The notes below the pieces were generated by a model, which worked only from the letters and a program-made list of their open reading frames with translations, had not been told where the DNA came from and made no database searches. A DNA stretch of 63,985 bases, the filler included, from Octopus bimaculoides (Eukaryota), in the NCBI RefSeq assembly GCF_001194135.2. It is 7 parts of 7 records of this genome, joined end to end, with 100 filler letters (N's around TTAATTAATTAA, not from the genome) between each part and the next. Parts side by side here need not be neighbours in the genome. Positions count along the whole stretch, not along the records: positions 30,446 to 38,500 come from NC_069006.1; positions 38,601 to 44,976 come from NC_069010.1; positions 45,077 to 59,852 come from NC_068982.1; 4 more parts are not named here. One strand, 5' to 3'. A program made the translations under genes and the position numbers. The number at the start of each line of letters is the position of its first letter. Positions within the stretch are counted from its first letter, which is position 1. Shown one piece after another: positions 37,555 through 48,414 of this stretch.

Positions 37555-38621
37555 TCACACATGAACAATTTCATATAGTTAACCATCAGTTTATAACGCC
37601 TACGCCTTAAGAAAGTAGTAGATGTAAATCTATCATGTTATTCTCTTTACCCACAGAAAAACGATAAACGGAAATTATTCTGGCATGTTTCATGCATGGT
37701 TGACCACCCATCAGCAAATAAGTGCCCCTTAATCCTTTTTTCCAGGAAAAGAAAATATCAATCGCTTTTTAAATGAAGCACAAGCCAAGACCAATGATAC
37801 CCTGACTTTCGTCTCAAATGTTTTCTGACGGGGTCGGGGGCGAAATTATTAATACTTCACACACAAACTCTGTGGGTTAGTAATTTATGGTAATGTGTTT
37901 AGATTGCAATCCACCTGTCTCTCTGACAGTGTCTCTGTATGTGTTTATACGCATATATATCATGTATGTGTGCGTATATGTATAATGTATTTATGAGTGC
38001 ATATGTATATGCGTGTGTACAAAAAATTTAAATATACAAAATGTATGTATAAATGTGTATGCATAATATGTATATGTGTGTGTGTGTCTATATATATGTA
38101 CACTCACACGCAGACAGGCATATAACCATGGATAATCATGGGAATAAAAAAGGCGGGCAACAGACGATCAAAATCGATCTCAGTTCTTGATTGGTATTTA
38201 CCGATCTCAAATGGGTGAAATTGCACATGTGAGTGGGAGGGGGAATTTCATGTCAGAACCTTCTGCATTAATAAGTCAACACATTTTCATAACAGTCTAT
38301 TTCTTTCAGTCTGTCTAACGCTGCCATCTTTAAAATAGATTAAATTGAACATGCTTTACTATGTATGTATGTATGTATGTATCCTGCGTTTGAGAATTTA
38401 AAATAACTTTTTTAACTTTCTAATACATCTCAACGCTTCTAAAGCAAACTTCGTTTGTTTGTTTACGTTTGTCGTAATTTGAATATATATATATATATAT
38501 NNNNNNNNNNNNNNNNNNNNNNNNNNNNNNNNNNNNNNNNNNNNTTAATTAATTAANNNNNNNNNNNNNNNNNNNNNNNNNNNNNNNNNNNNNNNNNNNN
38601 ATATACACACACATATATATA

Positions 38622-38996
38622 TCAAATCAAAATCACTGACATGGCTGATGACAGTACCGCCTGATTGGCACTTGTGCCAGTGGAGCGTTAAACGCACAAT
38701 TCGAACGTGATCGTTGCCTTACCGGCACATGTGAAAAACAACATTCAAGCGTGGTCATTGCCAGAGCACATAAAAACAACTTTTGAGCGTGGTCGTTGCC
38801 AGTACCCACCTGACTTGCCCTCGTGCCGGTGGCACGAAAAAGCACCCACTACACTCTCGGAGTGGTTGGCGTTAGGAAGGGCATCCAGCTGTAGAAACTC
38901 TGCCAGATCAGATGGGAGCCTGGTGCAACTTTCCGGCTCCCCAGTCCTCAGTCCAACCCATACCAGCATGGGAAGCAGACGTTAAACAATGATGAT
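38622..38996 (+). mobile_element. SINE-like family D ending in an RTE-like tail and (GAT)n
   Basis: ggcgttaggaagggcatccagctgtagaaac...ccagcatggga..gacgttaaac. Other copies are at 39925-40165 and 43342-43750. Confidence 0.85.
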
Positions 38997-39017
38997 ACAT
39001 GCATACATGCGTGTGTA

Positions 39018-39055
<38 letters not shown>

Positions 39056-39534
39056 CATGTGTGCTTGCTGCACAAGTATGTGTGCATGCATGCTTGCATG
39101 TATGTGGGCCTGTATGAAAACACACGTTCACTTGTATCAAACTGTGTGGGTATGTGTATTAATGTGTATATGCCTGCATGCATATGTGTGTGTGTGTGTG
39201 TGTGTGTAGTTTTCAGGTTTCTTTCACGAGTGAAAGAAAGACGCCTGTTCTCAAGACTTTATAAATAGAATGCAAGAAAAACAGAGGCAGCTGCAATGAC
39301 TGCACCAGCAGCTGGTGCAACAGGAACACCACCATCACCACCACCACCACCACCAACAACAACAGAGGCGGCAGAGCAGTAGTGGCAGTATTTGATGATA
39401 CTCAACCAGCGACAATATTCTTACTGTCTTACTGACACAGAAACAGCATTGTCCTTACTCACACTCACAAACTCCATTCACACTCCACTCACACACCCAC
39501 TCATTCACTCCTGTGCGTTATTGCTCATGGGAGG

Positions 39535-39574
<40 letters not shown>

Positions 39575-39924
39575 ATGTGTGATTGTGTATGTGTGTGGTT
39601 GCATGCGTGTGTTTGTTTTTGTATGTGTGTGGTTGTGTATGTATTTGTTTCTGTGTACATGTGTGTGTGTGTATGTATGTTTGTGTGTGTTTGTATGTTT
39701 ATGTGTGTGTGTGAGAGATGGCATGTTCACATGCTTTGTGTGTGTGTGTGTGTGAGAGTTATAGATTATGTGTTGATATGTATATGTATGAGTTTGTGTT
39801 TGTGTGTCTGTGTTTTGGACAAAATGACAAAAGGACCAAGATACCTGGCACCTTGCTGTAGTCCAGAAGACCTGTCCTCCACAGCAGAAGTATTCATGCT
39901 GTTTTCCCTGCTGAAGAGGATTGG

Positions 39925-40165
39925 CCTGTAAGTGCTCTGTGCCAGTGCCATGTAAAAAGCACTTGTGTCTGTGCCTGCCACATAATAATTGCTTGTGCCA
40001 GTGGCCCATTAAAAGCACCCAGCAGACATTGTAAAATGGTTGGTGTTAGGAAGGGCATAAAGCCATAGAAACCAAACCATATCCGACTGGAATCTGATGC
40101 AGCTTCCAGAATGCCAGCTCTGGTCAAATCATCCAACCAATGCCAGCATGAAAAATGAACATATA
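39925..40165 (+). mobile_element. Diverged copy of family D
   Basis: ggtgttaggaagggcat..tagaaacc..catccaaccaatgccagcatg. Confidence 0.75.
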
Positions 40166-40277
40166 AATTAAGTACCAGTGAAACACTGGGGTCGATGTAA
40201 TCGACTAGTAATCCTCACCCCAAATTTCAGACCTTGTGCCTATAGTAAAAAAGATTATTATTGTTGTTGTTGTTAAG

Positions 40278-40495
40278 GCGGCTTGCTGGTAGTAATGTTA
40301 GCACCCCAGGTGAAATGCTTAGTGGTATTTTGTCTGGCTTTACATTCTGAGTTCAAATTCTGCTGAGGTTGACTTCTCCTTTTATCTTTTAGGGGTTGAT
40401 AAATTAAGTACCAGTTGCGTACTGGGGTCTATCTAATCGACTGGCTCCCTCCCACCGAATTTCAGGCCTTGTGCTGAGAGTAGAAAGAATTATTA
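40278..40495 (+). mobile_element. Full copy of SINE family B (Meta/MESC-like centre, tentative)
   Basis: tRNA-like head, ctgagttcaaattc B box, gttgataaattaagtaccag, and an (ATT)n tail. Confidence 0.85.
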
Positions 40496-40859
40496 TTATT
40501 ATTATTACTGTTGTTGTATGTTTATATATTGAAAGACAAGTGTCACTTGGATAGACAAGAAAATGATTTCTAAGCCATTTAAAAAGAAACTAAATTCTAA
40601 ATAGAATTCACAACATGAATATTGCAGTAAATGGTTATCATATTGACATTAACCAGGAGCTGTTTCCGTTTTTTTTTATTATTTTTTTTTTTCAATGCCA
40701 AAATATGTTCTGAGTGAAACACAATTTCCTCCCCTCCCCTACTTGTTGACATGGACTACTCAAGGATTGAAATTAATACAACATCNNNNNNNNNNNNNNN
40801 NNNNNNNNNNNNNNNNNNNNNNNNNNNNNNNNNNNNNNNNNNNNNNNNNNNNNNNNNNN

Positions 40860-40916
<57 letters not shown>

Positions 40917-40984
40917 TGATGTTTGCTTGTAAATATATTGCATTAATTTCATGTGAGTATATGACATAATGCTATATATAATTT

Positions 40985-41152
40985 GTATGTGGCTGTGTGG
41001 TAAGAAGTTTGCTTCCCAACCACATGGTTCTAGGTTCAGTCCCACAGCACGGCATCTTGGGCAAGTGTCTTCTACTACTATAGCCTTGGCTGACCAGAGT
41101 CTTGTGAGTGGATTTGGTAGGTGGAAACTGAACGAAGCCCGTCGTATGTTTA
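40985..41152 (+). mobile_element. Head of SINE family A, interrupted by a mariner
   Basis: tggctgtgtggtaagaag..ggttcagtccc..gaagcccgtcgtat. Confidence 0.9.
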
Positions 41153-41154
41153 TA

Positions 41155-41376
41155 TTAGGTCGTCCCATAAGTTCTGTCGGATTTTACCCTTTTTTAAAAT
41201 TGAATGAAATTTAATAGTATTTTAAAATGTCTGATGGAATTAAAAATTATTTTTATACATTTGTGTATATTTAAACTAATTAAATATTATTTTACAGAAT
41301 AATAGAATTAAAATTTCTTTGATTAAAACCCTTTCTAACATGGAAGTATCCAAAGAGCATTTGAGGTACATAATGC
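41155..41376 (+). mobile_element. Mariner 5' end: TIR, 5' UTR and transposase start
   Basis: ta|ttaggtcgtcccataag TIR, then MEVSKEHLRYIM before the gap. Confidence 0.8.
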
Positions 41377-41950
41377 NNNNNNNNNNNNNNNNNNNNNNNN
41401 NNNNNNNNNNNNNNNNNNNNNNNNNNNNNNNNNNNNNNNNNNNNNNNNNNNNNNNNNNNNNNNNNNNNNNNNNNNNNNNNNNNNNNNNNNNNNNNNNNNN
41501 NNNNNNNNNNNNNNNNNNNNNNNNNNNNNNNNNNNNNNNNNNNNNNNNNNNNNNNNNNNNNNNNNNNNNNNNNNNNNNNNNNNNNNNNNNNNNNNNNNNN
41601 NNNNNNNNNNNNNNNNNNNNNNNNNNNNNNNNNNNNNNNNNNNNNNNNNNNNNNNNNNNNNNNNNNNNNNNNNNNNNNNNNNNNNNNNNNNNNNNNNNNN
41701 NNNNNNNNNNNNNNNNNNNNNNNNNNNNNNNNNNNNNNNNNNNNNNNNNNNNNNNNNNNNNNNNNNNNNNNNNNNNNNNNNNNNNNNNNNNNNNNNNNNN
41801 NNNNNNNNNNNNNNNNNNNNNNNNNNNNNNNNNNNNNNNNNNNNNNNNNNNNNNNNNNNNNNNNNNNNNNNNNNNNNNNNNNNNNNNNNNNNNNNNNNNN
41901 NNNNNNNNNNNNNNNNNNNNNNNNNNNNNNNNNNNNNNNNNNNNNNNNNT

Positions 41951-42310
41951 GGAGGCGCAATGGCCCAGTGGTTAGGGTAGCGGACTCGCGGTCATAGGAT
42001 CGCGGTTTCGATTCCCAGACCGGGTGTTGTGAGTGTTTATTGAGCGAAAACACCTAAAAAGCTCCACGAGGCTCCGGCAGGGGATGGTGGCGAACCCTGC
42101 TGTACTCTTCCACCACAACTTTCTCTCACTCTTACTTCCTGTTTTCTGTTGTGCCTGTAATTCAAAGGGTCAGCCTTGTCACACTCTGTGTCACGCTGAA
42201 TATCCTCGAGAACTACGGTAAGGGTACATGTGTCTGTGGAGTGCTCAGCCACTTGCATGTTAATTTCACATCAACTGGAACCCTTGACGTCGTAAGCGAC
42301 AGAGTGCCAA
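41951..42310 (+). mobile_element. Near-full copy of SINE family C (tRNA-derived head)
   Basis: ggcgcaatggcccagtggttagg..ggtttcgattccc. It matches both copies at 44007-44485. Confidence 0.9.
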
Positions 42311-42379
42311 TCTTTTTTTTTTTCACTTGCTTCAGTCATCTGACTGGCCATGCTGGAGCACTGCCTTGTAAGGTTTTAG

Positions 42380-42735
42380 TTGAACAATTCGGAAAAAGTT
42401 GGATGAGTCTAATGGTGATTACAAAGGTGTGGCAGCTCGGAAAACTCACTCTCGTCATTCTAATAAAAAAAAGAACTCCTGAATTTATTGGTGAGATCCA
42501 GGCCATGATTGATGACGATTCCTCCAAGTCAATCAGATCCATTGCCAGAGATATGGGAGTGTCTGAATTTTCTTATCAGGCAGGTAATGCATGAAGATAT
42601 TCGGTATTTCTCATACAAGATGAGAAAGGGCTAATTTTTATCCCAAGCCATGTAGGACAAGAGGAAAGACCACACTACAAAGCTTTTGAACAAACTCAAG
42701 CATCCCTTCCAATCGAACATGCTTTGATGTTTTTG
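42380..42735 (+). mobile_element. Tc1/mariner-superfamily (maT-like) transposase fragment
   Basis: KRTPEFIGEIQAMIDDDSSKSIRSIARDMGVSEF, then after a frameshift IRQVMHEDIRYFSYKMRKG..KLLNKLKHP. Confidence 0.75.
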
Positions 42736-43080
42736 GCTTAAATCCCAGCAATGGATCATTAAATGTGTTCATGGGAATTAAAGTATTGGAAAACATCAAT
42801 ACATTAGACTAACAAAGAAACAAGAAGGGTATCAGGTGTTCATGAAATGTGCTAATAATAACAGCTAAGTATCCCTTAAATCACAAATGTCTTAGCTTTT
42901 GCACAGTCGTATGAATTCTTGTTTGTAGAACACAAATTTACAAACATTTCCTGAAAATTCCAGGGGTCGTATGGGTTACTTAAAGCAGAATTCTGCCAAC
43001 CTGTTTCAGTTCTATTTTTGTAAAAAAAAAAAAAAAAAAATTACCTTCTCTTCTACTTTTAATTTTTTTTTTTCGTTCAG

Positions 43081-43229
43081 GTGGGAATACAAAACAGACA
43101 GGCATGACATAGGTTTCGGAATTTTACGGAAGGTTCCAGATGGCACTGAAGAGGTTGTTCCGATTGAGAGAACAGACTGTTCCATACTCACCTTGGATGG
43201 TACTCACATATGTAAAGAACCAGGAGTAT
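43081..43229 (+). CDS. RALBP: Internal exon of a SEC14-like retinal-binding protein gene (GOLD domain)
   Basis: Acceptor ttttttttttttcgttcag and donor GTAAGT; 149 nt, phase 2 to phase 1. It encodes [49 protein letters not shown]. Squid RALBP as recalled reads [43 protein letters not shown], and the boundaries match the penultimate exon of SEC14L2-type genes. Confidence 0.9.
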
Positions 43230-43341
43230 GTAAGTAAACAACATCTTATTTTATTCAACACATTGTCCCCCTCTGCCTCTCTCTATCTCTCTCTCCCTAA
43301 ATCCAGAGATAATCATATTTCTATGACTGCAACACATACAC

Positions 43342-43750
43342 ATCATCATCATCATCATCGTCGTTTAACGTCCGCTTTCCATGCTAGCATGGGTTGGACG
43401 ATTTGACTGAGGACTGGTGAAACCAGATGGCTACACCAGGCTCCAATCAGATTTGGCAGAGTTTCTACAGCTGGATGCCCTTCCTAACGCCAACCACTCA
43501 GAGAGTGTAGTGGGTGCTTTTACGTGTCACCCACACGAAGGCCAGTCAGGCGGTACTGGCAACGGCCACGCTCGAAATGGTGTATTTTATGTGCCACCCG
43601 CACAAGAGCCAGTCCAGGGGCACTGGCAACGATCTCGCTCGAAAATCCTTACACATGCTGCGGGCACAGGTGCCAGAAAGGCGACGCTGGGCACAGGTGC
43701 CATCCCGATTTCGCTTTCGCTTGCCCCAATAAGTCTTCGCAAGCTGAATT
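43342..43750 (-). mobile_element. Copy of family D
   Basis: Reverse complement of the 38622-38996 tail, with (CAT)n at the left end. Confidence 0.9.
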
Positions 43751-44006
43751 TTGTATCCATACACATTAAAACTTAGTGTTCATGCACTTAGTGTTCATGC
43801 ACTTAGTGTTCATGCACTAAGAATCTCTGCCAAGCGGCCTTATTCTGCATGCTTTAGCCTCTTTACTACTGCTGCAATCCCTCGTATATATTAAAATAAT
43901 TGATTAACAGAAGCAGTATTAATATCAAAAGCCAATCTTTATCAACAACTTAACATGGATGTTGTGTTAGAATACAGAATACTGCATTATTTACCTTGTG
44001 GTTTCT

Positions 44007-44485
44007 GTGGAGGCGCATTGGCCCAGTGGTTAGGGCAGCGGACTCGCGGTCATAGGGTCGCGGTTTCGATTCCCAGACTGGGCGTTGTGAGTGTTTATTG
44101 AGCGAAAACTCCTAAAGCTCCATGAGGCTCTGGCAGGGGATGGTGGCGAACCCTGCTGTACTCTTCCACCACAACTTTCTCTCACTCTTATTTCCACTCC
44201 GCAGACACATGTACCCTTAACGTAGTTCTCGGGGATATTCAGCGTGACACAGTGTGACAAAGCTGGCCCTTTGAAATACGGGTACAACAGAAACAGGAAG
44301 TAAGAGTAAGAGAAAGTTGTGGTGAAAGAGTACAGCAGGGTTTGTCACCATCCCCTGCCGGAGCCTCGTGGAGCTTTTAGGTATTTTCGCTCAATAAACA
44401 CTCACAACGCCCGCTCTGGGAATCGAGACCGCGATCCTATGACCGAGAGTTCGCTGCCCTAACCACTGGGCCATTGCGCCTCCAC
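44007..44485. mobile_element. Tail-to-tail inverted pair of family C SINEs
   Basis: Plus copy at 44007-44195 and minus copy at about 44195-44485, with ends gtggaggcgca...tgcgcctccac. Confidence 0.95.
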
Positions 44486-44718
44486 TCATAGGAAGGTAAG
44501 AGAAATGGAAAAGGTGTGAAAGAAGTGTTTGCAGGGATATGAGTGTGACACATTGTTATATTGAAGGAAGGTATGGACAAGGTTAGTGGATGAGGGAGAG
44601 AAGATGTAAGGTGTGTGAGAAAATAATAAAAAAATTGGAGAAAATTAATTTACAATACAACACTAGTAGAATTTTTTATTTTATTTCTGTTTAAGAATAC
44701 AATTAGTTGAGGTATACA

Positions 44719-44927
44719 CTTTTACTCTTTTACTTGTTTCAGTCATTTGACTGCGGTCATGCTGGAGCACCGCCTTTTTAGTCGAGCAAATCGACCCCAG
44801 GACTTATTCTTTGGAAGCCTAGTACTTATTCTATCGGTCTCTTTTGCCGAACCGCTAAGTTACGGGGACGTAAACACACCACCGTTGGTTGTCAAGCGAT
44901 GTTGGGGGGACAAACACAGACACAAAC

Positions 44928-44976
<49 letters not shown>
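44719..44976 (-). mobile_element. SINE family A, 3' half
   Basis: Matches 46555-46814. Confidence 0.9.
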
Positions 44977-45082
44977 NNNNNNNNNNNNNNNNNNNNNNNN
45001 NNNNNNNNNNNNNNNNNNNNTTAATTAATTAANNNNNNNNNNNNNNNNNNNNNNNNNNNNNNNNNNNNNNNNNNNNTATATA

Positions 45083-45470
45083 TATATTTATGTGGAGAAT
45101 GGAGCAACAAATACAAGAAGAAGCAATTCTGTTGGGCTAGTTAGCCGTTGTTTTATTATGTGGAGGTTATGTAATGAGTCATTGTGGAGGTTGAGGTTAT
45201 GTAGTGAGTCATTGTGAATGTTATGTAATAGTCATTTACGTACGTTTCAATCTAGCCAATGGTTTGGCAGATCTCATCAGAATGTTGAGGAGTATGTTAA
45301 GAGTTCGTGGTGCGAGGGATGTAGGAGAAGTGATATCACTGTATATTAATGTATATGTATATTAATGTATATGACTCATTACATAACCTCCACATAATAA
45401 AACAACGGCTAACTAGCCCAACAGAATTGCTTCTTCTTGTATTTGTTGCTCCATTCTCCACATAAATATA
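45083..45470. repeat. Perfect 100-bp inverted repeat with a 188-bp spacer (foldback or MITE-like)
   Basis: 45083-45182 is the exact reverse complement of 45371-45470. The ends are TA-rich. Confidence 0.9.
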
Positions 45471-45962
45471 ATTATAAACTACGGTTTAAACAATAAATTA
45501 CCTGNNNNNNNNNNNNNNNNNNNNNNNNNNNNNNNNNNNNNNNNNNNNNNNNNNNNNNNNNNNNNNNNNNNNNNNNNNNNNNNNNNNNNNNNNNNNNNNN
45601 NNNNNNNNNNNNNNNNNNNNNNNNNNNNNNNNNNNNNNNNNNNNNNNNNNNNNNNNNNNNNNNNNNNNNNNNNNNNNNNNNNNNNNNNNNNNNNNNNNNN
45701 NNNNNNNNNNNNNNNNNNNNNNNNNNNNNNNNNNNNNNNNNNNNNNNNNNNNNNNNNNNNNNNNNNNNNNNNNNNNNNNNNNNNNNNNNNNNNNNNNNNN
45801 NNNNNNNNNNNNNNNNNNNNNNNNNNNNNNNNNNNNNNNNNNNNNNNNNNNNNNNNNNNNNNNNNNNNNNNNNNNNNNNNNNNNNNNNNNNNNNNNNNNN
45901 NNNNNNNNNNNNNNNNNNNNNNNNNNNNNNNNNNNNNNNNNNNNNNNNNNNNNNNNNNNNNN

Positions 45963-46500
45963 ACATTTACTGATGTAAGTAATTTCATAATTTACTAACA
46001 GAAGTACGGTTTTGTGTTTTCCTGTTGCTGAGGTTTTTTTTCTGGTACCTTCGATACTGGGTCTTTGGTTCACTGAGTGACAAATTTCGCTTCAACCTCA
46101 CTTTAACTTCAATCGTTACTGTTCTCACTAAATGTTTACGTTTTCAATCGCTAACAAGTTCACATTTACTGATGTCAGTAATTTCATAATTTACTAACAG
46201 AAGTACGGTTTTGTGTTTTCCTGTTGCTGAGGGGTTTTTTTTCTGGTACCTTCAATACTGGCTCTTTGGTTCACTGAGTGAGAAATTTCGCTTCAACCTC
46301 ACTTTAACTTCAATCGTTACTGTTCTTACTAAATGTTTACGTTTTTAATCGCTAACAAGTTCACATTTACTGATGTCAGTAATTTCATAATTTACTAACA
46401 GAAGTACGGTTTTCTGTTTTCCTGTTGATGAGGGGTTTTTTTTCTGGTACCTTCGATACTGACTCTTTGGTTCACTGAGTGACAAATTTCGCTTCAACCT
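45963..46500. repeat. About 200-bp tandem satellite, 2.7 copies visible, left end in a gap
   Basis: acatttactgatgt starts at 45963, 46162 and 46363, with high identity between copies. Confidence 0.95.
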
Positions 46501-46554
46501 GTACAATACTTTATTTTTCGTTAAAATTTCTTATTGACTTTCTGTCTGTCGTAT

Positions 46555-46814
46555 TACTCTTTTACTCTTTTACTTGTTTCAGTCATTTGACTGCGGCCAT
46601 GCTGGAGCACCGCCTTTAGTCGAGGAAATCGACCCCAGGACTTATTCTTTGTAAGCCTAGTACTTATTCTATCGGTCTCTTTTTGCTGAACCGCTAAGTT
46701 ACAGGGACGTAAACACACCAGCATCGGTTGTCAAGCGATGGTGGGGGGGGCAAATACAGACACACAAACACACATACATATATATATATATACATATATA
46801 TATATACATATATA
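46555..46814 (-). mobile_element. SINE family A, 3' half
   Basis: (tactcttt)n tail followed by the conserved body and the microsatellite. Confidence 0.9.
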
Positions 46815-47521
46815 NNNNNNNNNNNNNNNNNNNNNNNNNNNNNNNNNNNNNNNNNNNNNNNNNNNNNNNNNNNNNNNNNNNNNNNNNNNNNNNNNNNNNN
46901 NNNNNNNNNNNNNNNNNNNNNNNNNNNNNNNNNNNNNNNNNNNNNNNNNNNNNNNNNNNNNNNNNNNNNNNNNNNNNNNNNNNNNNNNNNNNNNNNNNNN
47001 NNNNNNNNNNNNNNNNNNNNNNNNNNNNNNNNNNNNNNNNNNNNNNNNNNNNNNNNNNNNNNNNNNNNNNNNNNNNNNNNNNNNNNNNNNNNNNNNNNNN
47101 NNNNNNNNNNNNNNNNNNNNNNNNNNNNNNNNNNNNNNNNNNNNNNNNNNNNNNNNNNNNNNNNNNNNNNNNNNNNNNNNNNNNNNNNNNNNNNNNNNNN
47201 NNNNNNNNNNNNNNNNNNNNNNNNNNNNNNNNNNNNNNNNNNNNNNNNNNNNNNNNNNNNNNNNNNNNNNNNNNNNNNNNNNNNNNNNNNNNNNNNNNNN
47301 NNNNNNNNNNNNNNNNNNNNNNNNNNNNNNNNNNNNNNNNNNNNNNNNNNNNNNNNNNNNNNNNNNNNNNNNNNNNNNNNNNNNNNNNNNNNNNNNNNNN
47401 NNNNNNNNNNNNNNNNNNNNNNNNNNNNNNNNNNNNNNNNNNNNNNNNNNNNNNNNNNNNNNNNNNNNNNNNNNNNNNNNNNNNNNNNNNNNNNNNNNNN
47501 NNNNNNNNNNNNNNNNNNNNN

Positions 47522-47631
47522 ATTCAAGTAAATAATTTTTTTCATTTAATCCCCATTTTAATTTTCGTAAAAGTTTCCAAGTACCAATAAGCACCAATTT
47601 CATTCCCGGGCAACGCCGGGTGGCTCTGCTA

Positions 47632-47632
<1 letters not shown>
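47522..47632 (+). mobile_element. Helitron-like 3' terminus
   Basis: Hairpin cccgg-gcaacg-ccggg at 47605-47620, then CTAG at 47629-47632. The next base is C, not the usual T. Confidence 0.6.
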
Positions 47633-47713
<81 letters not shown>

Positions 47714-48144
47714 GCGTACAAGTGCTATTAAGTTAGACATGGCCTGGACCAATCTTTGGTCAAAACATATCTAAGTTTTATCTAAGCTTTTAAGTTTTAT
47801 ATATATGTATATATACAGTGTGTGTGTGTGTGTGTGTGTGTATACCTGCTCGCGCGCGTGTATGCATGTATGTATGTTTGTATGTATGTGTGTTTGTGTG
47901 TGCATCTCTGCTATTTATCTACGTGAGTGAAGAAAAAATATGGGTTCAACCGGGAATCGAAATTGCATCGCTGGCTTTAATTATATGGAGTTATATCAAC
48001 GATTGTATTGAAAATTGAATTTCGTATTAGAAGGTTATTTCCTTCATTTTTCATTTTTAATTGCTATCGGATATTAGTTCTATGCCTTTACATTTCTGTT
48101 ATTTTTATACATTTACAAGTGATTCCTATCAATAAACACGATAC

Positions 48145-48263
48145 AGGAAAGAAGGAATTAGTCAGAGGCATAGGAAATGGGAAGGAGCCAGGTGGAGGAG
48201 AGGTAGTTTCCCCAATCTTGGGCGCAGGTGTGAAGAGAGGGAGAATCCTCTGATCTTCAATGT
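48145..48263 (-). other. Possible Pro-rich exon IEDQRILPLFTPAPKIGETTSPPPGSFPFPMPLTNSFFP
   Basis: Acceptor CCCACTTTCCTTAACAG and an open, protein-like frame, but only weak donors. Confidence 0.2.
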
Positions 48264-48414
48264 CTGTTAAGGAAAGTGGGGTGGGCAGCTAAAGTGTCAT
48301 TGGCCACACTCCTGGGGCTGAGAACCTTTGCCCCGTCATTGGAATTAATCAAATATGTTGGCTGTAGTTCCAGCTGGAGATCTAATTAATGCCATAAATT
48401 TTATGATAGACGCT

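Noticed and set aside
39269-39394. Frame reading AAAMTAPAAGATGTHHHHHHHHQQQQRRQSSS
   Set aside because: Explained by CAC/CAA trinucleotide repeats. It has stops on both sides and no good splice sites.
45963-46500. CRISPR-like appearance of the regular repeats
   Set aside because: The units are contiguous with no unique spacers, the DNA is eukaryotic, and there are no cas genes.
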